Of a stretch of DNA of 64,000 bases, positions 1 through 14,000 are shown piece after piece (within the stretch, counting starts at the first letter, position 1; every line of letters begins with the position of its first letter). The position numbers and the translations under genes were made by a program. A model generated the notes under the pieces. That model saw only the letters and a program-made list of their open reading frames with translations, did no database searches and had not been told where the DNA came from. Location of the stretch: the NCBI GenBank assembly GCA_030390025.1, contig JASTWF010000357.1:310001-374000 (forward strand). Direction: 5' to 3'. The stretch comes from Squalus acanthias. Taxonomy: Eukaryota.

Positions 1-740
1 ATAATCGCCTCTGTAATGCACGGTGCTTGTCACTCTGGTAGTTACAAAATTAACGGTAGTTGTCAGCCACAACATTATAAAACTGCTCGATACAGTGAAC
101 AGTAAAATAATGGATTTCTTTCGGTTCTCCATCTCTGGATCGCTCTGATTCTCACTGCTGTGACCCCGGAGTCCTCTGCGGGCTCTACTGGCCACTAAAA
201 TACGTCTGACTGTCAAACAATTAAACAGTAATATCAAAACAAAAGCAAGCCAAGAAAAACAAATGCTTTGAAACCAAGAGAACGCCACACCTGTAGGCGA
301 TGAAAAAAAGTCCACTCGAACGCGGCAACCCCAGTGAACATTTTTCACTATTCGCTCAGGTTCATATGCAAACCAAAAGAAGAGGCTCTGTAAAAAGTTC
401 AGGACAGAGACCGTTGTTATAACCGCGGCCGCAGTTCTCACTGTGCAATACTTGGTTTTAAACTTCTCACAACATATAGCTACAAATCGGTCAAATGTGA
501 ACGAGACTGTAAACCACACCGACAAATACAGGGCGACACATTGCACACATATAATTAACTTACAAACGGCAGTTAACGTCAGGAATGAATGTGGAAAGTG
601 ATAACGTAAAATGCGATTCACTAATATATTGATGATCATGACCAGTAGATCTGCTGTTGCCATGGCCACCATGTAGACTGAGATACATCTGGAAAGGCCG
701 CAGTTTCCTCTGGAGAGAATCACGATTGTCAGTAGGTTCG
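1..740 (-). CDS. GPR139-like class A GPCR, exon 2 (runs off the window start)
   Basis: Acceptor tttctcacag at 750-741, then a stop-free frame to base 1: (A)NLLTIVILSRGNCGLSRCISVYMVAMATADLLV...LSVWFTVSFTFDRFVAICC...YCT...LILLFNCLTVRRILVASRARRGLRG...DPEMENRKKSIILLF. TM1 Asn, TM2 ADL and TM3 DRF (484-492) are present. It resembles the GPR139/GPR142-like receptors, from recall of the family. Confidence 0.9.
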
Positions 741-1490
741 CTGTGAGAAAGAGGGACAAGAGTTCAGTAACGGGGTCACTCAGATAAATCTCACAGCATA
801 TTGTGGGGAAATGTTCAGATGTGTCCCTACTTAGGGTTATGCACACGGATTGTTATCATGAATATAGGCGAGTGTTAACGTATTTTGTTTAACATAAATT
901 ATTCATTGGACATTCAATATAGAGGGACTGAAATTCCATCATCCTTCCAGCATACTTCACTCAGGCTTTGTCAAATATTAAAAATAATTTCACGGCAATT
1001 AATGAAAAGATATAATTCAAATGAAACATTCAGCTGAGACAAAAACGTTCAATCTATGTCCAAATGCTGCCGAGGGGAGGGGAGCATCTTCCTGAGTGGA
1101 AATTATTTCTCAAAATATCTTTCGAAGTCCTCTGTTGGGTGGAGGTGGCTACAGTCCTAGGAATTATCAAATTAATATAGACAGGGAACAACGGCACAAA
1201 TGAGGTGAATATTATAGACACTGAGCAACACGTTCTTTAGTGATCTATGCACGGTTGGAGAGCCCGGTGAATTAGCCTCGCCCTCACACAGTATAGGGAG
1301 GAAGGTTGAGCGCCCGGTACAAAGGATCTGCCCATCGGAACAGCGGCCGCGCGGTCTGGTAGGATTCCCGCTGATATTCAGCGACTGATCCCGGTGGATG
1401 AATGAATCTGCAATGAGGACATTCTCGGAATATGTTGCATTAACATTGAGATAGACAACAGCTATTAGGCAACAGGATACATTGACTTAC

Positions 1491-1560
1491 CGGGAACGCC
1501 AAAGGCTGCGAGAACATGATAGTAAATGTCCCTTATCTGTAGAATTGCTGGCCGTGCCAT
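1491..1560 (-). CDS. GPR139-like GPCR, exon 1
   Basis: aaaacaATGG start, MARPAILQIRDIYYHVLAAFGVP, then G|gtaagt donor. The phase-1 G joins the CG of exon 2 to give GCG (Ala), keeping the frame across a 750-nt intron. Confidence 0.88.
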
Positions 1561-1639
1561 TGTTTTGCAGATATGTGTGAAGATTGAGCGGCTTTACGGT
1601 TCCGACTACAGTCAATCGGCGATACGTAAATGCTCCCCC

Positions 1640-1645
1640 TTTATA
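1640..1645 (-). promoter_or_regulatory. Candidate TATA box of the GPCR gene
   Basis: TATAAA (cctataaaggggg) on the minus strand, about 80 nt upstream of the ATG. Confidence 0.5.
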
Positions 1646-1725
1646 GGACCGCCGCTGCCCCTGTGAGAAAATCATGTTACACAATAATTGGCGTTAGTTA
1701 CAGCCACTTAACAAACAAGGGGCGA

Positions 1726-1856
1726 TTTTCACCTTCAGTGCGCACCGGCCGCCGCTGGGGAAATTGTACAACTTAGTCCATGAAACTCCGTTCATTAAAA
1801 TCAATGAACGGAAAGTAATCCCAGAGGGAATGTGCTCTGCGAATCTCTGGTGAAAA
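1726..1856. repeat. Decayed palindromic, MITE-like element
   Basis: Outer inverted repeat ttttcacc (1726-1733) / ggtgaaaa (1849-1856). Central perfect 10-bp stem tccgttcatt (1787-1796) / aatgaacgga (1803-1812). Confidence 0.45.
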
Positions 1857-2004
1857 CTAAAGACAACATCCCTCCCGGACTCTGCATTAGGTTCTTGAAG
1901 TCACATGTTAATTTGGTGAACACGTCACTCATCCATTGTATAAAGATTTGTTTTGTACTGTGATGATGAATGATGATGAATCGGCTCCATGACTGACGAT
2001 AATT

Positions 2005-5000
2005 CTAATCTTACATTACTGGTGTTGACAGAAGGATGACATTAATGGTGTTGATACTACTGTAGCATTACAGGTGATGACCCTACGCTAACACTACTGA
2101 ATTTGATCCGACACTCACTGTATATGTCATGAATCTAGGCTACCATTGCTGGTAGTGATCGAACTCCTACATTATTAGTGGTGATCCGACTGTAACATTA
2201 CTGGTGCTGATTCTAGTCTATCATTACTCGTGGTGACCCCACTCTATCATTACTGGTGGAGACACTACTCTAACATTACTGGTGGTGAACCTACTATAAC
2301 ATTCCTGGTAGTGTCTCAACTCTAACATTACAGGTGGTGACCCGACTCTAACATTACTGGTGGTGTCTCAACTTTAACATTACAGGTGGTGACCCTACTC
2401 TAACATTACTGGTGATGTCTCAACCCTAACATTAAAGGTGGTGACCCTACTCTATCATTTCTGGTGGTGTCTCATCTCTAACATTACTGGTGGTGTCTCA
2501 ACTCTAACATTACTGGTGTTGAATCTACTCTAACCTTACTGGTGGTGTCTCAACTCTAACATTACTGGTGGTGACTCTACTATAACATTACTGGTGGTGA
2601 CACTACTCTAACATTACTGGTGGCGTCTCAATTCTAACATTACTGGTGGTGACCCTACACTAACATTACTGGTGGTGTCTCAATTCTAACATTACACGTA
2701 GTGACTCTACTCTAACATAAATGTTGGTGATTCTACTCTAACATTACTGGTGGTGACCCTACTCTAACATTACTGGTGGTGACTCTACTCTAGCATTACT
2801 GGTGGTGACCCTACTCTAGCATTACTGGTGATGACCCTACTCGAACATTACTGGTGGCGTCTCAATTCTAACATTACTGATGGTGACCCTACTCTAACAT
2901 TACTGGTGGTGACCCTACTCGAACATTACTGGTGGTGACTCTACTCTAACATTACACGTAGTGACTCTACTCGAACATAACTGATGGTGATTCTACTCTA
3001 ACATTACTGGTGGTGACCCGACTCTAACATTACTGGTGGTGACTCTACTCTAGCATTACTGGTGGTGACCCTACTCTAGCATTACTGGTGATGACCCTAC
3101 TCTAACATTACTGGTGGTGACCCTACTCTAACATTACTGGTGGTGACTCTACTCTAGCATTACTGGTGATGATCCTACTCTAACATTACTGGTGGTGACC
3201 CTACTCTAACATTACTGCTGGTGACCCTACTCTAACATGACTGGTGGTGACTCTACTCTAGCATTACTGGTGGTGACCCTACTCTAACATTACTGGTGGT
3301 GACTCTACTCTAACATTACTGGTGGTGACCCTACTCCAACATTACTGGTGGTGACTCTACTCTAGCATTACTGGTGGTGACCCTACTCTAACATTACTGG
3401 TGGTGACTCTACTCCAACATTACTGGTGGTGACTCTACTCTAGCATTACTGATGGTGATTCTACTCTAACATTACTGGTGGTGACCCTACTCTAACATTA
3501 CTGGTGGTGACTCTACTCTAGCATTACTGGTGATGACCCTACTCGAACAATACTGGTGGTGTCTCAACTCTAACATTACTGGTGGTGACTCTACTCTAAC
3601 ATTACTGATGGTGACCCTACTCGAACAATACTGGTGGTGTCTCAACTCTAACGTTACTGGTGGTGTCTCAACTCTAACATTAAAGGTGGTGACCCTACTC
3701 TAACATTTCTGGTGGCGTCTCAACCCTAACATTAAAGGTGGTGACCCTACTCTAACATTTCTGGTGGTGTCTCAACTCTAACATTACTGGTGGTGTCTCA
3801 ACTTAACATTTCTGGTGGTGACCCGACTCTAACATTACTGATGGTGTCTCAACACTAACATTAATGGTGGTGACTCTACTCTAACATTACTGGTGGTGTC
3901 TCAATTCTAACATTACTGGTGGTGACACTACTCTAACATTACTGGTGGTGACACTACTCTAACATTACTGCTGGCGTCTCAATTCTAACATTACTGGTGG
4001 TGACCCTACACTAACATTACTGGTGGTGTCTCAATTCTAACATTACAGGTAGTGACTCTACTCTAACATAACTGATGGTGATTCTACTCTAACATTACTG
4101 GTGGTGACCCTACTCTAACATTACTGGTGGTGACTCTACTCTAGCATTACTGGTGGTGACTCTACTCTAGCATTACTGGTGATGACCCTACTCTAACATT
4201 ACTGGTGGTGACTCTACTCTAACATTACTGGTGGTGACACTACTCGAACAATACTCGTGGTGTCTCACCTCTAACATTACTGGCGGTGACTCTACTCTAA
4301 CATTACTGGTGGTGACTCTACTCTAACATTACTGATGGTGACCCTGGTCGAACATTACTGGTGGTGAACCTAGTCTAGCATTACTGATGGTGATCCTACT
4401 GTAGCATTACTGGTGGTTTTTCAACTCTAACATTAATGATGGCGATGCTACTGTAACATTACAGGTGGTGACCCGACTCTAACATTACTGGTGGTGACTC
4501 TACTCTAACATTACTGGTGTTGACTCTACTCTAACATTACTGGTGGTGACACTACTCTAACAATACTGGTGGTGTCTCAACTCTAACATTACTGGTGGTG
4601 AGTCTACTCTAACATTAATGATGGCGATGCTACTGTAACATTACAGGTGGTGACCCGACTCTAACATTACTGGTGGTGACTCTACTCTAACATTACTGGT
4701 GATGAACCTACTCTAACATTACTGGTGGTGACTCTACTCTAACATTACTGGTGGTGACACTACTCTAACAATAATGGTGGTGTCTCAACTCCATCATTAC
4801 TGGTGGTGAGTCTACTCTAACATTACTGGTGGTGACCCGACTCTAACATTACTGGGGGTGACTTTACTCTAACATTACTGGTGGTGACTCTACTCTAACA
4901 TTACTGGTGGTGACCCTACTCTAACATTACTGGTGGTGACTCTAATCTAACATTACTGGTGGTGACTCTACTCTAACATTACTGGTGGTGACTCTACTCT

Positions 5001-8000
5001 AACATTAATGGTGGTGACCCGACTCTAACATTACTGGTGGTGACCCTACTCTAACATTACTGGTGGTGTCTCAATTTTAGCATTACAGGTGGTGACTCTA
5101 CACTAACGTTACTGGTGGTGACTCTACTCTAACATTACTGGTGGTGTCTCAAATCTAACATTACTGGTGGTGACTCTAATATAACATTACTGATGGTGAT
5201 TCTACTCTAACATTAATGGTGGTGTCTCAATTCTAACATTAGAGGTGGTGACTCAATATAACATTACTGATGGTGATTCTACTCTAACATTAATGGTGGT
5301 GTCTCAATTCTAACATTACAGGTGGTGACTCTACTCTAACATTACTGATGGTGATTCTACGCTAATATTAATGGTGGTGTCTCAATTCTAACATTAGAGG
5401 TGGTGACTCCAATATAACATTACTGATGGTGATTCTACTCTAACATTAATGGTGGTGTCTCAATTCTAACATTACAGGTGGTGACTCTACTCTAACATAA
5501 CTGATGGTGATTCTACTGTAACATTACTGGTGATGACTCTACTCTAACATTACTGGTGGTGACTCTACTCTAACATTACTGGTGGTGTCTCAACTCTAAC
5601 ATTACTGGTGGTGACTCAATTCTAACATTACAGGTGGTGACTCTACTCTAATATTACTGATGGTGATTCGACTCTAACATAACTGATGGTGACTCTACTC
5701 TAACATTACTGGTGGTGATTCTACTCTAACATTACTGGTGGTGTCTCAACTCTAACATTACTGGTGGTGACTCTACTCTAACATTACTGGTGATGACTCT
5801 ACTCTAACATTACTGGTGGTGACCCTACACTGACATTACTGGTGGTGTCTTAATTCTAACATTACAGGTGGTGACTCTACTCTAACATTACTGGTGTTGA
5901 CTCTACTCTAACATTACTGGTGGTGAGTCTACTCTAAAATTAATGATGGCGATGCGACTGTAACATTACAGGTGGTGACCCGACTCTAACATTACTGGTG
6001 GTGAATCTGCTCTAACATTACTGGTGATGACCCTACACTAACATTACTGGTGGTGACTCTACTCTAACATTACTGGTTGTGACACTACTCTAACAATACT
6101 GGTGATGTATCAACTCTAACATTACTGGTGGTGAGTCTACTTTAACATTACTGGTGGTGACCCTACTCTAACATTACTGGTGGTGAGTCTACTCTAACAT
6201 AACTGGTGGTGATTCTACTCCAACATTACTGGTGGTGACCCTACTCTAACATTACTGGTAGTGACTCTACTCGAACATTACTGGTGGTGACTCTACTCTA
6301 ACATTACTGGTGATGACTCTACTCTAACATTACTGGTGGTGACCCGACTCTAACATTACTGGTGGTGACTCTACTCCAACATTACTGGTGGTGACCCGAC
6401 TCTGACATTACTGGTGATGACTCTACTCTAACATTACTGGTGGTGACCCGACTCTAACATTACTGGTGGTGACTCTACTCTAACATTACTGGTGGTGACT
6501 CTACTCTAACATTACTGGTGGTGACTCTACTCTAACATTACTGGTGGTGACTCTACTCTAACATTACTGGTGGTGACTCTACTCTAACATTACTGGTGGA
6601 GACCCTACTCTAACATTACTGGTGGTGTCTCAATTCTAACATTACTGGTGGTGACTCTAATGTAACATTACTGGTGGTGACTCTACTCTAACATTACTGG
6701 TGGTGTCTCAAATCTAACATTAGAGGTGGTGACTCTAATATAACATTACTGATGGTGATTCTACTCTAACATTAATGGTGGTGTCTCAATTCTAACATTA
6801 GAGGTGGTGACTCTACTCTAACATAACTGATGTTGATTCTACTCTAACATTAATGGTGGTGTCTCAATTCTAACATTACAGGTGGTGACTCTACTCTAAC
6901 ATTACTGATGGTGATTCGACTCTAACATAACTGATGGTGAATCTACTCTAACATTACTGGTGATGACCCTTCTCCAGCATTACTGGTGGTGATTCTACTC
7001 TAACATTACTGGTGGTGACTCTACTCTAACATTACAGGTGGTGACCCTACTCTAACATTACTGATGGTGACTCTACTCTGACATTACTGGTGGTGTCTCA
7101 ACTCTAACATTACTGATGGTGATTCTACTGTAACATTACTGGTGATGACCCTACTCTAACATTACTGGTGGTGACTCTACTCTAACATTACTGGTGGTGA
7201 CACTACTCGAACAATACTCGTGGTGTCTCAGCTCTAACATTACTGGTGGTGACTCTACTCTAACATTACTGGTGGTGACTCTACTCTAACATTACTGATG
7301 GTGACCCTGGTCGAACATTACTGGTGGTGAACCTAGTCTAGCATTACTGATGGTGATCCTACTGTAGCATTACTGGTGGTTTTTCAACTCTAACATTAAT
7401 GATGGCGATGCTACTGTAACATTACAGGTGGTGACCCGACTCTAACATTAGTGGTGGTGACTCTACTCTAACATTACTGGTGTTGACTCTACTCTAACAT
7501 TACTGGTGGTGACACTACTCTAACATTACTGGTGGTGACACTACTCTAACAATACTGGTGGTGAGTCTACTCTAACATTACTGGTGGTGACACTACTCTA
7601 ACAATACTGGTGGTGTCTCAACTCTAACATTACTGGTGGTGAGTCTACTCTAACATTAATGATGGCGATGCTACTGTAACATTACAGGTGGTGACCCGAC
7701 TCTAACATTACTGGTGGTGATTCTACTCTAACATTACCGGTGATGACCCAACTCTAACATTACTGGTGGTGACTCTACTCTAACATTACTGGTGGTGACA
7801 CTACTCTAACAATAATGGTGGTGCCTCAACTCCATCATTACTGGTGGTGAGTCTACTCTAACATTACTGGTGGTGACCCTACTCTAACATTACTGGTGGT
7901 GACTTTACTCTAACATTACTGGTGGTGACTGTACTCTAACATTACTGGTGGTGACACTACTCTAACATTACTGGTGGTGACTCTACTCTAACATTACTGG

Positions 8001-11000
8001 TGGTGACTCTACTCTAACATTACTGGTGGTGACTCTACTCTAACATTACTGGTGGTGACCCGACTCTAACATTACTGGTGGTGACCCTACTCTAACATTA
8101 CTGGTGGTGTCTCAATTCTAGCATTACAGGTGGTGACTCTACACTAACGTTACTGATGGTGATTCTACTCTAACATTACTGGTGGTGTCTCAATTCTAAC
8201 ATTACTGATGGTGACTCTAAACTAACATTACTGGTGGTGACTCTACTCTAACATTACTGGTGGTGACACTACTCTAACATTACTGGTGGTGACTCTACTC
8301 TAACATTACCGGTGGTGTCTCTATTCTAACATTACAGGTAGTGACTCTAATCTAACATTACTGATGGTGATTCTACTCTAACATTAATGGTGGTGTCTCA
8401 ATTCTAACATTACAGGTGGTGACTCTACTCTAACATTACTGATGGTGATTCTACTCTAATATTAATGGTGGTGTCTCAATTCAAACATTACAGGTGTTTA
8501 CTCTACTCTAACATAACTGATGGTGATTCTACTGTAACATTACTGGTGATGACTCTACTCTAACATTACTGGTGGTGACTCTACTCTAACATTACTGGTG
8601 GTGACACTACTCGAACAATACTCGTGGTGTCTCAGCTCTAACATTACTGGTGGTGACTCTACTCTAACATTACTGGTGGTGACTCTACTCTAACATTACT
8701 GATGGTGACCCTGGTCGAACATTACTGGTGGTGAACCTAGTCTAGCATTACTGATGGTGATCCTACTGTAGCATTACTGGTGGTTTTTCAACTCTAACAT
8801 TAATGATGGCGATGCTACTGTAACATTACAGGTGGTGACCCGACTCTAACATTAGTGGTGGTGACTCTACTCTAACATTACTGGTGTTGACTCTACTCTA
8901 ACATTACTGGTGGTGACACTACTCTAACATTACTGGTGGTGACACTACTCTAACAATACTGGTGGTGAGTCTACTCTAACATTACTGGTGGTGACACTAC
9001 TCTAACAATACTGGTGGTGTCTCAACTCCAACATTACTGGTGGTGAGTCTACTCTAACATTAATGATGGCGATGCTACTGTAACATTACAGGTGGTGACC
9101 CGACTCCAACATTACTGGTGGTGATTCTACTCTAACATTACCGGTGATGACCCAACTCTAACATTACTGGTGGTGACTCTACTCTAACATTACTGGTGGT
9201 GACACTACTCTAACAATAATGGTGGTGCCTCAACTCCATCATTACTGGTGGTGAGTCTACTCTAACATTACTGGTGGTGACCCTACTCTAACATTACTGG
9301 TGGTGACTTTACTCTAACATTACTGGTGGTGACACGACTCTAACATTACTGGTGGTGACTCTACTCTAACATTACTGGTGGTGACTCTACTCGAACATTA
9401 CTGGTGGTGACTCTACTCTAACATTACTGGTGGTGACCCGACTCTAACATTAATGGTGGTGACCCTACTCTAACATTACTGGTGGTGTCTCAATTCTAGC
9501 ATTACAGGTGGTGACTCTACACTAACGTTACTGATGGTGATTCTACTCTAACATTACTGGTGGTGTCTCAATTCTAACATTACTGATGGTGACTCTAAAC
9601 TAACATTACTGGTGGTGACTCTACTCTAACATTACTGGTGGTGACACTACTCTAACATTACAGGTGGTGACTCTGCTCTAACATTACTGATGGTGATTCT
9701 ACTCTAATATTAATGGTGGTGTCTCAATTCTAACATTAGAGGTGGTGACTCTAACATAACATTACTGATGGTGATTCTACTCTAACATTAATGGTGGTGT
9801 CTCAATTCTAACATTACAGGTGGTGACTCTACTCTAACATTACTGATGGTGATTCTACTCTAATATTAATGGTGGTGTCTCAATTCAAACATTACAGGTG
9901 GTTACTCGACTCTAACATAACTGATGGTGATTCTACTGTAACATTACTGGTGATGACCCTACTCTAACATTACTGGTGGTGACTCTACTCTAACATTACT
10001 GGTGGTGACTCTAATCTAACATTACTGGTGGTGACTCTACTCTAACATTACTGGTGGTGACCCGACTCTAACATTACTGATGGTGACCCTGGTCGAACAT
10101 TACTGGTGGTGAACCTAGTCTAGCATTACTGATGGTGATCCTACTGGAGCATTACTGGTGGTTTTTCAACTCTAACATTAATGATGGCGATGCTACTGTA
10201 ACATTACAGGTGGTGACCCGACTCTAACATTAGTGGTGGTGACTCTACTCTAACATTACTGGTGTTGACTCTAGTCTAACATTACTGGTGGTGACACTAC
10301 TCTAACATTACTGGTGGTGACACTACTCTAACAATACTGGTGGTGAGTCTACTCTAACATTACTGGTGGTGACACTACTCTAACAATACTGGTGGTGTCT
10401 CAACTCTAACATTACTGGTGGTGAGTCTACTCTAACATTAATGATGGCGATGCTACTGTAACATTACAGCTGGTGACCCGACTCTAACATTACTGGTGGT
10501 GACTCTACTCTAACATTACCGGTGATGACCCTACTCTAACATTACTGGTGGTGACTCTACACTAACATTACTGGTGGTGACACTACTCTAACAATAATGG
10601 TGGTGCCTCAACTCCATCATTACCGGTGGTGAGTCTACTCTAACATTACTGGTGGTGACCCTACTCTAACATTACTGGTGGTGACTTTACTCTAAAATTA
10701 CTGGTGGTGACTCTACTCTAACATTACTGGTGGTGACTCTACTCTAACATTACTGGTGGTGACTCTACTCTAACATTACTGGTGGTGACCCGACTCTAAC
10801 ATTACTGGTGGTGACCCTGCTCCAACATTACTGGTGGTGTCTCAATTCTAGCATTACAGGTGGTGACTCTACACTAACGTTACTGATGGTGATTCTACTC
10901 TAATATTAATGGTGGTGTCTCAATTCAAACATTACAGGTGTTTACTCTACTCTAACATTACTGGTGGTGACCCGACTCTAACATTACTGGTGATGACTCT

Positions 11001-14000
11001 ACTCTAACATTACTGGTGGTGACCCGACTCTATCATTACTGGTGGTGACTCTACTCTAACATTACTGGTGGTGACTCAATTCTAACATTACTGATGGTGA
11101 CTCTCAACTAACATTACTGGTGGTGACTCTACTGTAACATTACTGGTGGTGACACTACTCTAACATTACTGGTGGTGACTCTACTCTAACATTACCGGTG
11201 GTGTCTCAGTTCTAACATTACAGGTGGTGACTCTACTCTAACATTACTGATGGTGATTCTACTCTAATATTAATGGTGGTGTCTCAATTCAAACATTACA
11301 GGTGGTGACTCTACTCTAACATTACTGATGGTGATTCTACTCTAACATTACTGGTGGTGTCTCAATTCTAACATTACTGGTGGTGACTCTAATGTAACAT
11401 TACTGGTGGTGACTCTACTCTAACATTACTGGTGGTGTCTCAAATCTAACATTAGAGGTGGTGACTCTAATATAACATTACTGATGGTGATTCTACTCTA
11501 ACATTAATGGTGGTGTCTCAATTCTAACATTAGAGGTGGTGACTCTACTCTAACATAACTGATGGTGATTCTACTGTAACATTACTGGTGATGACCCTAC
11601 TCTAACATTACTGGTGGTGACACTACTCGAACAATACTCGTGGTGTCTCAGCTCTAACATTACTGGTGGTGACTCTACTCTAACATTACTGGTGGTGACT
11701 CTACTCTAACATTACTGATGGTGACCCTGGTCGAACATTACTGGTGGTGAACCTAGTCTAGCATTACTGATGGTGATCCTACTGTAGCATTACTGGTGGT
11801 TTTTCAACTCTAACATTAATGATGGCGATGCTACTGTAACATTACAGGTGGTGACCCGACTCTAACATTAGTGGTGGTGACTCTACTCTAACATTACTGG
11901 TGTTGACTCTACTCTAACATTACTGGTGGTGACACTACTCTAACATTACTGGTGGTGACACTACTCTAACAATACTGGTGGTGAGTCTACTCTAACATTA
12001 CTGGTGGTGACACTACTCTAACAATACTGGTGGTGTCTCAACTCTAACATTACTGGTGGTGAGTCTACTCTAACATTAATGATGGCGATGCTACTGTAAC
12101 ATTACAGCTGGTGACCCGACTCTAACATTACTGGTGGTGACTCTACTCTAACATTACCGGTGATGACCCTACTCTAACATTACTGGTGGTGACTCTACTC
12201 TAACATTACTGGTGGTGACACTACTCTAACAATAATGGTGGTGCCTCAACTCCATCATTACTGGTGGTGAGTCTACTCTAACATTACTGGTGGTGACCCT
12301 ACTCTAACATTACTGGTGGTGACTTTACTCTAAAATTACTGGTGGTGACTCTACTCTAACATTACTGGTGGTGACACTTCTCTAACATTACTGGTGGTGA
12401 CTCTACTCTAACATTACTGGTGGTGACTCTACTCTAACATTACTGGTGGTGACTCTACTCTAACATTACTGGTGGTGACCCGACTCTAACATTACTGGTG
12501 GTGACCCTACTCTAACATTACTGGTGGTGTCTCAATTCTAGCATTACAGGTGGTGACTCTACACTAACGTTACTGATGGTGATTCTACTCTAACATTACT
12601 GGTGGTGTCTCAATTCTAACATTACTGATGGTGACTCTAAACTAACATTACTGGTGGTGACTCTACTCTAACATTACTGGTGGTGACACTACTCTAACAT
12701 TACTGGTGGTGACTCTAATCTAACATTACCGGTGGTGTCTCTATTCTAACATTACAGGTAGTGACTCTAATCTAACATTACCGATGGTGATTCTACTCTA
12801 ACATTAATGGTGGTGTCTCAATTCTAACATTACAGGTGGTGACTCTACTCTAACATTACTGATGGTGATTCTACTCTAATATTAATGGTGGTGTCTCAAT
12901 TCAAACATTACAGGTGTTTACTCTACTCTAACATTACTGGTGGTGACCCGACTCTATCATTACTGGTGGTGACTCTACTCTAACATTACTGGTGGTGACT
13001 CTACTCTAACATTACTGGTGGTGACTCTACTCTAACATTACTGGTGGTGACTCTACTCTAACATTACTGGTGGAGACCCTACTCTAACATTACTGGTGGT
13101 GTCTCAATTCTATCATTACAGGTGGTGACTCTACTCTAACATTACTGATGGTGATTCTACTCTAACATTACTGGTGGTGTCTCAATTCTAACATTACTGG
13201 TGGTGACTCTAATGTAACATTACTGGTGGTGACTCTACTCTAACATTACTGGTGGTGTCTCAAATCTAACATTAGAGGTGGTGACTCTCATATAACATTA
13301 CTGATGGTGATTCTACTCTAACATGAATGGTGGTGTCTCAATTCTAACATTAGAGTTGGTGACTCTACTCTAACATAACTGATGTTGATTCTACTCTAAC
13401 ATTAATGGTGGTGTCTCAATTCTAACATTACAGGTGGTGACTCTACTCTAACATTACTGATGGTGATTCTACTCTAATATTAATGGTGGTGTCTCAATTC
13501 AAACATTACAGGTGGTTACTCTACTCTAACATAACTGATGGTGATTCTACTGTAACATTACTGGTGATGACCCTACTCTAACATTACTGGTGGTGACTCT
13601 ACTCTAACATTACTGGTGGTGACACTACTCGAACAATACTCGTGGTGTCTCAGCTCTAACATTACTGGTGGTGACTCTACTCTAACATTACTGGTGGTGA
13701 CTCTACTCTAACATTACTGATGGTGACCCTGGTCGAACATTACTGGTGGTGAACCTAGTCTAGCATTACTGATGGTGATCCTACTGGAGCATTACTGGTG
13801 GTTTTTCAACTCTAACATTAATGATGGCGATGCTACTGTAACATTACAGGTGGTGACCCGACTCTAACATTAGTGGTGGTGACTCTACTCTAACATTACT
13901 GGTGTTGACTCTACTCTAACATTACTGGTGGTGACACTACTCTAACATTACTGGTGGTGACACTACTCTAACAATACTGGTGGTGAGTCTACTCTAACAT

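Noticed and set aside
1248..1400. Possible decayed tRNA-derived SINE in the GPCR intron
   Set aside because: The A and B boxes are too degenerate to support by eye.
1487..1684. 65-aa ORF
   Set aside because: Overlaps GPCR exon 1 in a different frame and has no recognisable motif.
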